NCBI GenBank assembly: GCA_964016885.1
Contig: CAXHJY010000103.1
Span: 1 to 64,000, forward strand
Length of the DNA: 64,000 nucleotides
Direction: 5' to 3'
Origin: Eledone cirrhosa
Taxonomy: Eukaryota
Under the pieces are notes generated by a model. That model searched no databases, was not told the DNA's origin, and worked only from the letters and a program-made list of their open reading frames with translations. Below are positions 36,540 to 48,900 of this stretch, piece after piece; within the stretch, counting starts at the first letter, position 1; each line of letters starts with the position of its first letter. Position numbers and translations under genes: made by a program.

Positions 36540-39500
36540 AAGTGTAGTTAATATGAAGCATTGTGAGATATGTAGTAAATGATTGATAAGTTTTTTAAAA
36601 CCCAGTACAATGTGGTAGAAAATACAAAGGGCAAATGATGGTAAATGAAACAAAACAAAGTAGAGTAATGTTTTACCCAGTGGGTAAAACATTACTTTAC
36701 AGGAGCGGGGAGCGATTAATCAAGATCTGAGAGTAGCTTAGGGGTTGCATGATAGATCCTTACAATGTTTTACAGCTGGATGCCCTTTTAATTGCCTCTT
36801 GTGAAGCACAGGGTTATGGTGTATCATCATCAAAATCAATGTTGGACTAGATCTTCTGTGACAGTTTTTCTATGGCCTTTCCTGGTGCCAACCTATACCT
36901 TACTATTGGTCTCAAATAATCATCTCCCACCACCACCATTTATTAATTTTTCAGACATCCGTCCCATCCTCTTTATTCATTTTTGCTAATCTATCTCCAG
37001 CAAAATATTATTTTAAATGGTAGCATTCCTGCGACAATTAATTTTCTTTAGACATTAAAAAACATTATACATGACAAAAAAGGTACATTACATACGTTAT
37101 AAAATAAATAGGATGGGTTGGGGCCTCAATATGTAAACTAAACGACTAATTGTTTTTTTTTAAATCAATGGTGACAACCTTGAAAAATTACCGATTTTCC
37201 ACCACCACCCGCTTATTCACCCCCCCCCCCCCCCACACACACACACTTATTCCACCCCACCCCTTTATTCCAACTCCCTCACTTATTCTAACTCCCCCCA
37301 CTTATTCCACCCAACCCCCTAATATTTGGGACCCGAGAGTACTTCAAGTATAGTATATAAATGGCTAACAAAGACCCAATAAAGAAACTCACCTGTGCCA
37401 AAGCAAGAGAAACATGTTCTCTGCTGGGATGTAAATAATCAGGAAAATGTTGGATCATCTCTTGACAAAGTTCCTCATCAATACTGACAAACCTTAGAAG
37501 TTCCAATGCTGGAGAAAGATCTAGAGTAATAATAATAATAATAATGAAAAGGATTGTGTACAATACTCAGGTGCACTACAACTCATCAAAAGTGTATGTA
37601 TAGTACATAGAATAATTGTTTCTATTGGCACAAGGCCAGCAATTAACCAGTACATTACTGGTACTTTATTTTATCGACCCCGTAAGGATGAAAGGCAAAG
37701 TTAACCTCGGCGGGATTTAAACTCAGCCAAGGTTAACTTTGCCTTTCATCCTTAGAATAATGTACAAATGTCAGGAAAGGGAACAGTGTATGAGTCACGA
37801 TATACATGTATGCGTGTGTATGGAGGGGGGATATTAGGTGTAATATTGGTGAATTTTAGGAAGCATGGAAGTTTTGAAGGATGCAGTGTCTCGACAGCTA
37901 GCAACTGATGCAGGTAGTTTGTTCCATGCTTCAGTAACTCTGAGCATGAAAAAATGTTTCCGAAAGTAATACGAGCTTTAATGTTTTCTGATTTTGTAAG
38001 CATGTCCATGGGTGTTAGACACATGGAATTCAAAAAGGTGCCCAGGGTTGTTGTTGGCAAGATGGTTAATCATTTTATAGGTCTGTACCAAGTCAGTTGC
38101 CAAAAACAAAAGAAAACAAAGAAGTTAACTTTATTATAATTTATAAATTTTAGATAAAGACTTCATCTGTGATCATCTGTTGAAACTGAAACTGTTACCT
38201 GATGGTAGAGTCTGGATAGCCATTTTATACACACAGCATATATACCTTTATACAACACACACACACTATATATATATACCTTTATATACACACACATACA
38301 CACAGCATATATACCTTTATACACACACACACACACTATATATATATACCTTTATATACACACACATACACACAGCATATATACCTTTATACACACACAC
38401 ACACACTATATATATATACCTTTATATACACACACATACACACAGCATATATACCTTTATACACATACACACACTATATATACCTTTATATACACATACT
38501 CACACACAGCATATATACCTTTATACACACACACACACTATATATATACCTTTATATACACACACATACACACAGCATATATACCTTTATACACACACAC
38601 ACACTATATATATATACCTTTATATACACATACTCACACACAGCATATATACCTTTATACACACACACACACTATATATATATATACCTTTATATACACA
38701 CACATACACACAGCATATATACCTTTATACACACACACACACTATATATATATACCTTTATATACACACACATACACACAGCATATATACCTTTATACAC
38801 ACACACACACTATATATATATACCTTTATATACACATACTCACACACAGCATATATACCTTTATACACACACACACACTATATATACCTTTATATACACA
38901 TACTCACACACAGCATATATACCTTTATACACACACACTATATATATATATATATATATACCTTTATATACACACACATACACACAGCATATATACCTTT
39001 ATACACACACACACACTATATATATATATACCTTTATATACACATACTCACACACAGCATATATACCTTTATACACACACACACACTATATATATATACC
39101 TTTATATACACATACTCTCACACAGCATATATACCTTTATACACACACACACACACTATATATACCTTTATATACACATACTCACACACAGCATATATAC
39201 CTTTATACACACACACTATATATACCTTTATATACACATACTCACACACAGCATATATACCTTTATACACACACACACATTCATCATCATCACCGTTTTA
39301 CGTCCGTTCTTCCACGCTAGCATGGGTTAGACGGGTTGTCCTGTTGTGGGCAGTGTCTGGTCGGCTGACCATGCCTTGCTCATACAGGAACTGATCTGGC
39401 TTGATTTCTACAGCTGGATGCCCTTCCTAACACCAACCTCATTTACAGTGAGTGCTGGGTGCTTTTTCGTGGCGCCTACACGTCCACTTTACAGTGTGGG

Positions 39501-42500
39501 CTGGGTGCTTTTTTGCCGTGGCACCTCCACGGCCACTTTGCGGTGGAGGGGGGGGGGGGCATATTGTTTATATGCTTCAGCATGTACCCATGGGAGGTCG
39601 GGTACCCTGTATTACTGCGTGACGCCAGAAGTCACGGTCGTGTGTCATTGACTTTGAGAGGTGTAGTTGGGTAAGGTCGGCTTTTATCACCTCATCCCAA
39701 GTCATCTTGGGTCTCCCCACTCCGCGGTTTCCATCAACTTCTAGTGCTCTGCACCTTTTTATGCAGCTGTCATCCTTCATACGCATCACATGTCCATACC
39801 AGCGTAACCGCCTCTCCTGCACGCAGCATTTGATTCCTCTTATGCTCAGTCTCTCTCTCAATTCCTTTATGCTTTGTCGTTCACGTATATTACTGTTACA
39901 CATCCATCGGAGCATGCAGGCTTCGTTTCTCTCTAATCTACGTAAGTCTTCCACCTTCAGCGCCCAGGTCTCACTACCATGCAACATCGCTGTTCGGATA
40001 CACGCATCATACAGTCTGCCTTTCATTCTGAGGGAGAAGCCTTTTGCAGCTAGCAGTGGTAGTAGTTCCCTAAACTTCTTCCATCCCGTTCTTACCCTAG
40101 TTATTGTACTTTCTGAGCACCCACCTCCGTTGCTAATTCGGTCACCTAGGTAGCAGAAGCTGTCTACTGTTTCTACAGGGCCCTCCCAGAGATTGGTGGT
40201 ACTTGTTTCCTGTGGCTGTTTGCTTGCTGTTTCAGCACAGCTGCTGCATGTGAATCCTACATTCTTAATTAAGCTTCCTGAGATCCCGCTACATCTCTTG
40301 TGTACCCATTGTTTGCATTTGGGGCAGAGAATGGAGTTTCTACCTACACCTTTCCTACATACTGAGCAAGGCCATTTCCCTGAGGGGATCTGGGTTCTGT
40401 TTTCTCGTCTACTTACAAGGACCTTAGTCTTTGTCATGTTGACTTTGAGACCCTTTCTCTCTAGTCCCTGCTTCCAGATTTGGAATTTATTCTCTAGTTC
40501 TACCATAGATTCAGCTATGAGTGCGAGGTCATCAGCATACAGGAGTTCCCATGGGCATCCGGTCTTAAACTCCTCCGTTATTGCCTGCAGGACTATGATG
40601 AACAGGAGAGGGCTAAGAACAGAGCCCTGGTGGACCCCAACCTGTACGCTAAATTCCTCGCTATACTCATTGCCAATCCTAACTTTGCTGACTGCTCCCC
40701 TATACATGGCTTGTACCGCTTTCACAAGCCATTCATCTACTCCTAGTTTTCTAAGAGCCCACCAGATTACTGCACGTGGAACTCTGTCAAAGGCTTTCTC
40801 AAGGTCGACAAATGCCAAGTAGAGTGGCTTACTTTTAGCTAGGTACTTTTCCTGTAATTGCCTCACAAGGAAGAGGGCATCAGTGGTGCCTTTCCCTGGT
40901 ACAAACCCAAATTGCATCTCGTCTATATTCACCCGGTCCCTAATCAGCTGTGCTATAACTCTTTCTGTTACTTTCATGACCTGGTCCATCAACTTTATAC
41001 CTCTATAGTTTCCTCTATCTAGTGCATCGCCTTTACCTTTGTAGCAGTTGACAATGATGCTACTGCACCAATCTTTTGGTATGGCCCCCTCTAGTATTAC
41101 CTGGTTAACGATACGTGTGGTTATAGTGTGACCTACAGACCCAGATGCCTTCAGCATCTCGGCAGCTATACCCGATGGACCGGTTGCCTTCCCTATCTTC
41201 ATATCTCTGATTGCCTTACTTACTACGCTGCCGCTGACTTGTACTGCTGGTCCCTCTATAGGGTCTACGTGGGGTAGGGTCTCTTCTTCCCATGCATTCT
41301 CCTCATTTAGTAATCTATCATAATGACTCTTCCATGCATCTTTCTTCTCAGCACTTGTGAGGGTAAGCTCACCTTTATCATTCCGGATACACTTCTCTCC
41401 AATGACATCACAACTATCTCTGACACACTGCCTCGCAATCTTGAATACCTCCTGTTTCTGGTCCTCACGTTGTAAAACATGCTTGAATTTTCTATCCTCT
41501 GCTTCCCTCCTAGCTAAGTATACTTGTCGCCTAGCTTCCCTCTTGGTCTCTATGTAATGTACCCTGCTCCCCCCGTTCTTCCATTCTTTCCATGCCTGTC
41601 TCTTGGCCTTGACTGCTTCATCTACCTTATTGTTCCACCACCAAGTCACTCTCCTCCTGCTTGAGGTCTTACTCCAGCCACAAACCTCATCCGTCGCCTC
41701 TAGTAAGTTATTTTTTAGGAACTCCCAGTTCTCTTCTACGTTAAATGTCTCTATCTGTTCTTCTTTACTGTCGTAGGCGTTGAGTAAAATATCTTTAAAT
41801 CTGTTACTGGTTGAGGGGACTTTCAGCTTCCAGATCTTTCTTCTCCAGGTTGGCCTCTGTTTCAGGGCTTGTCTAGTTCTGACCGTGAGGTCGCTGACAA
41901 CTAAGCTATGTTGGGATGTACATTCCTCACTAGGGAAGGCTTTTGTGTTTACGACCGTCCATCTGTCACGTCCTCTGATGAGGATAAAATCTAACTGACT
42001 AGAGTGCTCCCCTGATCTATAGGTGATCAGGTGGTTGTCGGGTTTTTTAAAGTTTGTGTTACATATCGACATGTCATTGGCGTCGCAGAATTCTAGAAGT
42101 CTGAATCCTTCCTCATTCCTTGTGCCAACTCCATGGCCTCCATGTACTCTATTGAAGCCGTCGCAGTGTTTACCTACGTGTCCGTTAAAATCTCCTGCAA
42201 TGATTAGGAAGTCCTTGTCGTCTGTTAGAGCAGTAGTGTGTATTAGGGACTCGTAAAACCTATCCTTAAGTTCGTCTGGCAGCCCCGATTGGGGTGCGTA
42301 AGCTGATATTATTGTGGTAATTGTCTTATTCAGGACTAGTCTAAGTTTAATGATTCTTGCATTTACCCTGTACACTGAGATTACTTTATCTACCCACTTG
42401 TCAGCTAATAGTATACCTACACCACCCATCCCATCGTCATTTCCCACCCAGAAAAATTTGTAGCACTGGCTTTTTCCTACAAGGACTCTAGCAGACCCTC

Positions 42501-45500
42501 CTCTCCATCTAGTCTCTTGCACACAGCATACATCAACTTCCTTTCGCTCTAGCATTTCTACGATTTCTCCTGCTCTTCCTTTCATTGAGCCTACATTGAT
42601 GGTACCAACTCGGAGTTTTGGGCATTTGTCGACACTCGTAGGGGAGGGTCTCTGGGTTGGCGCTTCACGTGGGTGCTTGGTAGCTCGCAGATTCATATTT
42701 CATCTATTGATTCAGAGTTGCTCGTGTATTCCCAGCTCATCCATCCATAACGGTGGGAAAATTGAGGGCTAGAAGAACAGTGGTGGTGGGGTAATGGCAG
42801 GGTGTGTTGGGATGCGCCAGAGGAGGAGAGAGTTAGTTAGGCAGGTAGTAGCAGCAGCAGTGGAAATGGCATGCTAGGTTTGATTGGTCGAATAGACTAT
42901 GGTGGTGTGTGGGGGTGGGGGGGAGGGAAATTGTGAGGTAGGAACTGAGGGTCGCATGGTAAATATCCAAGTTAATACTACATCAGTAAAATTAACAATA
43001 ATAACGTCATGAAAAAAACTACTAAGAGAAACCCTAGAAAATTTATCGCTAATACAGCAGGGAAAATTTAACGCTAATACAGCAGGGAACATCATAATAA
43101 TATAATAATGAACATTATAATTATATAATAATGAAATTATTGTGTACAGTGCTCAGGTGCACTACAACTCGTCAAAGGTGTATGTATAGTACATAGAATA
43201 ATTGTTTCCACCTTTGGCACAAGACCAGTAATCACCCCAGTGCACCACTGGCAACCCACCCCATCGACCCCGTAAGAATGAATGGCAAAGTTAACCTCGG
43301 CAGGACTCAAACTCAGATCAGAAAGGGACGTAACTCTGTGCTGCAAATCATGCTATCCGACCCTCCACCGACACCGCCAAATGTCAGGGAAGTGAATAGT
43401 GTATGAGTCATGATATACATGTGTGCATGTGTATAGAGGGGGAATATTAGATGTAGTGTTGGTGAATCTCAGGAAGCATGGAGGTTTTAAAGGATGCAGT
43501 GTCTTGACAGCTAACAACTGATGCAGGTAGTTTGTTCCATGCTTCAGTAACTCTGAGCGTGAAAAAATGTTTCCAAGTCATGGGAGCTGTGCTGTTTTCT
43601 GACTTTGTGGGCATGTCCACGTGTGTTAGACACATGGAAATCAAAAAGGTACTCAGGGTTGTTGTTGGCAAGATGGTTAATAATTTTGTGGGTGTTTACC
43701 AAGTCAGTTGCCAGACGTCGGAGCTTCAATGTATCCATGCCCAGGGAAGCAAGGCGTTCAGAGTATGGTAGATGCCTGATGGAGGGTATTCGCTTGGTTG
43801 CACATCTCTGAACAGTTTCCAGGCGGTCAATGTTCTGAGCAAGATAGGGGTTCCAGACTGGTGATGCAAATTCTAAGTGTGGCCGCACCATAGCCATGTA
43901 CAGCTTTAAATAGATAGCTGGAGAGCAGCTGACAAAGGTCTTGCTGAGTGATGCTAAGATACCCTCGGCTCTCATGACAATTTTAGAGACGTGCTTCGTC
44001 CAATGCAAATCGCTGCTGACAGTAATGCCCAGGTCACGTTCACAAGAAGACTTCTTGATATTAGTGTTGTGGAGGGAGTATGTGGACGCTGGGTTTTCTA
44101 CTCCCAAAATGAATGATGATACACTTGTCCACAGCTAGCTTGAGTTGCCAATCTGTGATCCATTGTTGCATTGTGTCCAGATTGCAGGCAAGATCTAGTG
44201 TTCAGGATCTGCATATACACACACACTATATACACCTTTATATACACATACACACATCATATATACCTTTATATACACACATCATATTACCTTTATATAT
44301 ACACACACACACACCATATATATACCTTTATATACATACTCATCATATATACCTTTATATATACATCATATTTACCAGTATACACCCATTTGAAGTTGAT
44401 AAAAAAAGTACCAGTTTAGTACTGGGCTGATTCTTCTTCTATATCTCTTTCTCACTTCCATTTATTCACTTTCTATCTTTCTCTGGAAGAAATCTGCTGT
44501 ATTTGGACCAGGAGAGGGATGGGCTCCGTCAGGTTTAAAAATGCCCAAGAAACGCTGTATATCAATTCGGTGCCACTACAACTCCCTGAGGAGTTATGAG
44601 ACCATGCATGCATTCATATATGTGTGTCCAACCCTTGCTTGCAGGGAAAATGGATAATAAATCATACAACACATTGTATATCAGAAATTTAATGTAAATG
44701 TAACTACACTTTTAAAATTATAAGCCTTGCTGTGAAAAGAATGGAGTGCAAACATTTTCGTTTATTTTCTGTGTACACAGGAAAACACGAGATATTACCT
44801 TTAGACATTTTAGAGATTGCTTCCCCATCAGAAAATATCTACCCTTATGATTTTGCCAGCAGCTTATAGCAATTGCTATTTATATCAAGCAGGATGCAGA
44901 ACTTAACTGAAATGTAAAGATGGAATAATAGAAAGTGTGTTTACACTTCATTCTTTTCGCAGTAAGACTTATTAAAACTGCATTTTTTCTGTGTTAATAT
45001 GAAAGTCAGAGTACCAACATGTTTTATGACCAACATCATCATCGTTTTATGTCGGTTTTCTACCTTGATATGGTTAGGATGATATCTAAGACTAGATAAG
45101 TTGGATGACCACATCCTGCTCATACATTCCAATTTGGCATGGTTTCTACAGCTGGAGGCCTTTCCTAATGCCAACTACTTTACAATGTGAACTGGGTACA
45201 TTTTATCATGGCACCAGCACTACCACTTTACAGTGTATACTGGGTGTATTTAATCATGATTCTGGCAGTATCACTTTACAGAATGAACAAGGAGCATTCT
45301 ATTGTGGCACCACTGTTACCAAACACACATTAATCAGAGGAGGAGGAGGAGGAGGATAAATTAAATACTTACCACACTTGTGTACTAAATTCTGTCTCTT
45401 GAGGAATTGACAGCAAACTGATTGATTCACCTGTAAAATAGAATGATTACTTATCACACATACCTGTAGCAATGGAATGATGGAATAATAGCTTATCACA

Positions 45501-45904
45501 TACCTGTGGTAATTTTAAAAAATGTTTAATAATTCTGAAGTGGAGTTTAAATCCAACCAGCATGCTTCTAATATAAACTGAACAAATTTTATTTTCCCTC
45601 AAACCTTATCTATGCACCTCGGAATCTTGTGAAATTATATTCCTCCATGGAAAACTTGCCAAAGAGTAGAGAGGACTCTTCAGTTGTGCCAAAGACATGA
45701 CAACATCCTCAGTTTGGGTGCCATGATAAAATGTATGGTGTACTATGTAGAGTGGCTCCAGCTGAGTTCTGACTTGTCCAGTCCTTGCTAGCAAGGAAAA
45801 CAAACATTAAATGATGATGATGATGGAAATGACGATGGTGGTGGTGGTGGTGAGGATGATGGCGGTGGTGGTGATGATGGCGGTGGTGATGGTAGTGATG
45901 ATGA

Positions 45905-45938
<34 letters not shown>

Positions 45939-48900
45939 GGTGATGGTGATAACGACGATGAAGACAATGATACTTCTAGCTACTCAATCAATAGCTATAG
46001 GTAGAATATGTCTCAAGATGAGACAAAAACAGTTTCTGTTCAACTAACTCCCCTTATAAGGCATTGGTCAGTCTGAGGTTATGGTCAGTCTGAGGTTATG
46101 GTCAATGTGAGGCGATGGTCAGCCTGAGGCTATAGTCAATCTCAGGCTATGGTCAGTCTGAGGTTATAGTCAGTCTAAGGCTATGGTCAATCTGAGGCTA
46201 TGGTCAGTCTGAGGCTATGGCAGAAGACACATGCCTGTGGGGCCAAACAGAGGTTTAGGACCCTTCAACCATGTAGCCACATGTGTGTGTGTTTAGTCAT
46301 ATATGAGCCCTAATAAAACAGACTTATGATTAATTTTCCTCTAAGTAAACCATTAAAATAAATCTAGTCGTATATGTATACATGTGTCTATCTATAGAAA
46401 ATGGTAATATAACTTACATCATTGTCATTTCTGTACAACAATTTCCTAAGCCTTAATTTAACAGTCCAATCCAAAGATCTTATTTCTTCTTCCAACCATA
46501 ACACAGCCTTTTCTGTAGAGGAATAAAAAAAACATGAAAAAAATATATCCCCATTTCTATAGTTTGAGATAATGTATAATTATAGCAGGTACAATAATAA
46601 AAGTATGCTTCTGAGATTAGAAAAAAGACCAGCAGAATCTACAGAACTGCAGATGTTGTCCACAGATGTTGGCTTAGGACTCAGGATTTCTTGGTGTGAG
46701 CACATCATGGAAAGAGCCAGGATACCGTTACTGTAAGATGACAGAAGATGATAGGCCTCATACTTCATATGTCCACATAGACACCAGTGAGAGGATCTCT
46801 TGAATGAGGGGGATGGGTGCAGAGGCATAACTAGGATATAATAAATATGGCACGTGCCATGAGCACCACATGAAGGGGGTGTCACTTAGACTATGAGCAC
46901 ATTCTATTAAAGTCAAATAAGCGTTGTCGGAGAGTGAAAAAAGAAACGCCTTCAGATCTATGATCTGTCTGATTATCATGGGTGAGAACACTATGGAGGC
47001 TGGATCAATAAACCTTTTATATAAATTATTAGGCGCAATTTCATTGCTTGCCATAGGTGATATATTCCCTTATTATGCCTCTAGGTAGGTGGCATATGAT
47101 AGGCAGACCTATGAAGACATGGTCCTGGCTTGGATTCTGGATTGTAATAGAGCTTGCAATTGTGCTGGATGGAGATCTTTTATTGCTCAAAGATTCATAG
47201 GAGCAGGAGGAACCAAGTATTTTGTTTGATTTTGACATCTTGGAAAAAAAGATAAATATAAAATGTGGAAAGTGATATATGTATGAAGGCAACAATACAA
47301 AATGGATGGGAAGATGAAGGCAATGAAAAAGTTAGTTACCTGGTAATCTCTTTTTTTTGTTTTGTCCTAATATTTCAGGACTTAAAATTCTCTGTCAGAA
47401 TGTAAGGAACTCTCAGAGCAAAACATTCTGGTCTATTCGCTTTGAAATTAGATGTAAATAAATATATATTTACTTCTTTTGTTAAATATTAGGTAATGAA
47501 TTGGCAGAGTCATTAGGGTGTCAACCGGAATGCCTTGTGGTATTTATTCTAGCTCTCTGCATTCTAAGGCCAACTTTGCTTTTCATCCTTTTAGGGTCAA
47601 TAAATAAAGTACCAATCCAGTACTAGAATTGATTCTTCTTCTCTCTCATTTTCTTTCTGGAAGAAATCAGTTGTGGTGAAACCTGGAGAGGGATGGTTGC
47701 TATCAGTTTTAAAACACCCAATACAGGTAATGTGTCACTACAGGCCTCCTACAATACCATCAGAAGTGAAGGGAGCAGTGAAATAGAGAAATTAAATATA
47801 CAAATTAACTCACCTGATACAGGAGTGTACTTATTGTTAATCAATATATCAATCACTTGGTCTATCAAACCAATCAGCATTGATTTCATGTTCACCTGTT
47901 GTTTTGATTGATATCTTTGATTGATATCTTCATCTTCCCACAATTCAGTGCAGTCATTCAAAGCATAACAGAGATGTAGAAGGACAACATGGAGTTGTAT
48001 GTTGTCACAACAGGATCTTATTTGGGAATCTTCACAACTGAAAACAACAGATGCCAACTGCAGCATTAAGATGGGGTTATGGTGGTGCCAGTCTGAAGAA
48101 CTAAGTAGATGAAGCTGTGGCAGAATAAAACTCCCCAGAATTTCACTACCCTGGAGGACACTTTGGTTTATTCCATATTTTTGGCAAATACCTATAGAAA
48201 AGGACTAAAGAGGGAAGAGAGAAGAAAAGAGAACAAAAGGAATTAATATTGTTTTGTTAATTAAGGGTGGGGGAGTTGGTGGAATTGGTAGAGTATCGGA
48301 TAAAATGTCATTGTGGTATTTGTTCTGGCTCTTTACATTCTGACTCCAAATCCCACAAAAGTAACTTCAATTTTCATCCTTTTAGAGTTGATAAAATAAA
48401 GTACCAATCAAATATTGGAGTTGATATAACCCTTTAGCATTTACATTACTCTATATTTACTATTATATTTTCATGGTAAAGGTTTTATCTCACATAATAC
48501 CAAATCTATGAGATTTTGATGTTATTTATGTTTAGAACGATACCTTAACGTAAGTATAAGTGACCAGTTACAGCCAGTTTGAACAGAAAAAGGTGAGACA
48601 ATTCTGGCCTGATACATCCGGTTTAAATGCTAAAGGTATAATCAACTTTGCCTTTTGTCCAAATTTGCTGGCTTTGTGCCTAAATTAAAAACCAATGTTG
48701 ATTCGTTGATTAAATATGAAATATTTGGCAGAGGATTTTGCTTTTGGTGGATGTTGTTTTATTGTGTTAAATGTGTTTTTGTAGCTGAGTAATTGTATTT
48801 ATATGGTGGGTCATGGCTGGTTTGACAAATCCCACCACACTTGACATACACCCATAACCTCACACTTATTTCTCTCTCCCAACAGAGCAGAGAAAGTTCA

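Noticed and set aside
38180-39394. 404-aa His/Thr/Tyr/Ile-rich ORF, and similar ORFs at 638-1268, 31979-32453, 45811-46047 and 52351-53777
   Set aside because: Translations of micro- and minisatellites
46580-47330. Short overlapping minus-strand ORFs in a GEMIN4 intron
   Set aside because: Not needed for the GEMIN4 frame; probably a decayed retroelement, but I could not assign motifs confidently
48150-48191. Alternative GEMIN4 acceptors at 48191 and 48150
   Set aside because: 48191 shifts the frame into a stop; 48150 is in frame but has a poor pyrimidine tract, so 48204 is preferred
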